In this document: positions 62,047-64,000 of the stretch, in pieces
Layout of the letters: each line of letters starts with the position of its first letter
Numbering within the stretch: the first letter of the stretch is position 1
Source of the DNA: Botryllus schlosseri
Taxonomy: Eukaryota
Length of the DNA stretch: 64,000 nt
Direction of reading: 5' to 3'
Assembly (NCBI GenBank): GCA_051294905.1
Contig: CM119373.1
Coordinates: forward strand, 12,958,001-13,022,000
Program-made: the position numbers and the translations under genes
Notes under the pieces: model-generated
The model's input: only the letters and a program-made list of their open reading frames with translations
What the model was told of the DNA's origin: nothing
The model's database searches: none

Positions 62047-63834
62047 AATCATGTGGTAAGAATGTATCACAATGGATGTATGAACATAATACTGAGCGAC
62101 GGCCCACCGGTTTTAGAGCACTGCAATTCAACCAACATACATGAGCAATGAGCATGGAACAAACGAACAGCTTCTATCATAATCGTTTACGACAGGGGTT
62201 CCCAACATTTTTATTCGCGACCCCAAATTACGATTTGAAAATGTTTCGCAACCCCACCTCTGAATTTGGCGTGCTCATTACTGAATAAATATGGTCTGTA
62301 CCTTCACCCAAACCTTATCACCGCCTATGTGTGAAGATGGCGACTATTTGCTCTGTAATATCAATTATATCCAATTATGAAGTCTCAATCTTCTCAATTC
62401 AATCAAGACTCCGGCAATGAGTATATATAGGTCTTTTGGAACGAGTTCTATCTATATCAGAGCGAATTATATTGTAAGTTAAAGTACTGATTTGAAATAC
62501 TGCGTCACGTGAAATACAGGTAACGATCTACAAGTTATTCGGGCGCGCCGAGCATTTGTGTATGTATTATGCTGTTAACACATAGCCACTTGAAGTCTCC
62601 CGTAGACCGCAGAGTGAACACTACTAGACTAAAGCATTCAAAACGGTTCAATACGACATTTGTTGGACGTTATTTCATAACTGCTAATAAGGTTGACTCA
62701 TTTCTGTACATTAACACACATATTCTATATACACATGCACGTAATTATTCGGGGTTCCAAAATTATAATAAAGACATCAGGTTTCAACAAATCGCGCCGA
62801 GTGCGGGAAAATGCAATATAAGTAAAATTTGCTCTAAAAGACTATATTTTATGTTTATTTACGAAATAATTTTGGATCACCCACGAGCTTTGTACATATC
62901 GAAAACCTTTGTTTAACTTTTTGCAAAAACATGGTGTCAATATGTCGTTTGCGCGTTATAATTTGGCGTGCCATCAAAAATCATCTAGCATGCCATATCG
63001 CCGACCCGGAAGTAGAAGATATCGAAATAAGCAAAGTGCCTATTAGCCTAATCTCATCATTCGTGATTAAAATTCGTTGGATGTCATCCTGACAGCAAGA
63101 AAGCAATATAACAGCATAGTCATTACATGGTGTCTGTTGATTTTCGAGAATGATCACGGTCGCTGCATTCTGGTTGTACCATTAGCTCCATTAAACTACG
63201 AAGATACTGCCCGTAAGTGCGCAACATCAAGATCATGATCCCAACATATTCCCGTCAAGTGGTGCTATGCATACTGAAACGGCCAATGGTATTTGGGTCC
63301 CGTGTTTCTGGACTACTACGCAGGGTCTAGTTAAAATGAATGCATGGTCGATACGATTCAGATTTAAGTATTAGGCTTCGATTCGAGTCGTGGATTTGAG
63401 CATCACGTAGTATGTCGTCTAATAAGTATGAATGATGTGGAAAATTCAAATATCTACCTTAAAATAGTTGAACCGAATTAGTGGCGTGCGCGTTAACACC
63501 TGAATAGTCATCTTTATCATACGACGTTTACGTAGTGTTGACGATTGCGCCTGTAAACTATATAATTCAACAATCATTTGCTACGACGTCGGAACAATTG
63601 TTCTCACAGCTACACTACAAGTTGATGAATAACCACTACTTGGATATTTACGATGCCGCCTAATTAATTGTAAATGGTGTGGCATAGCCTACCGAACATA
63701 GAGGATGTAAAGAGATGTACAATAGTTTACAGGTAGGCCTAGCTTTTATTTCCGTATTCTCCGCATAATGAGTGCGAAAGTACATAAGTAATTTTGATAT
63801 GATGATAGACTTTGTCGCCATTCGCCACAGGACA

Positions 63835-63960
63835 TCAGTCTCCCCGAAAATCAGATAATCCAATCCTAATCCATTAAGAAAAAAATCTGAAATACTAATA
63901 AAATCCTAATCCGACAAAATTTCCCAAACCCGGTTTTCCCAAATCCTAATCCATCCTTAT
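63835..63960. repeat. ATCCTAATCC-motif repeat, probably a MITE end
   Basis: Three atcctaatcc units with spacers; isolated units also at about 10311 and (reverse) about 14091. Confidence 0.4.
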
Positions 63961-64000
63961 CTCTGGTCCTCACGCCAGAGATGAGCGGATTTGAAATTTA

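Noticed and set aside
57900-64000. Start exon of the ankyrin gene
   Set aside because: No minus-strand segment with a good donor and an ankyrin-like N-terminus was found; it may be short or outside the window.

Overview
Eukaryotic, gene-poor, roughly 60% AT sequence from an invertebrate animal. The intron positions shared with vertebrates and the strong protein divergence would fit a tunicate, but that is only a guess. I reconstructed two multi-exon genes by hand, both on the minus strand, with GT-AG boundaries and consistent phases. (1) Patched (Hedgehog receptor): the first 8 coding exons run from an ATG at 34698 down to 3797, and the gene continues beyond the left edge. (2) An ankyrin-repeat protein of the ANKRD63/ANKRD34-like type: 10 coding exons from 57878 to a stop at 43616, with the start exon not found. 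The rest is intron and intergenic DNA packed with non-autonomous elements. These include 12 hAT-type insertions with 8-bp target-site duplications (TSDs), several near-perfect 250-660 bp foldback elements, and two tRNA-derived SINE families, with several nested insertions. No transposase, RT, rRNA, true tRNA or CRISPR array was found. The most unusual observations are: a hAT element whose TSD is a 3' splice site, with the upstream duplicate AG changed to AA; a 36-bp TSD-flanked micro-element; a three-ATG/overlapping-uORF cluster at the Patched start; and an asymmetric hairpin-plus-tail repeat family. I see no convincing wholly new multi-gene system.
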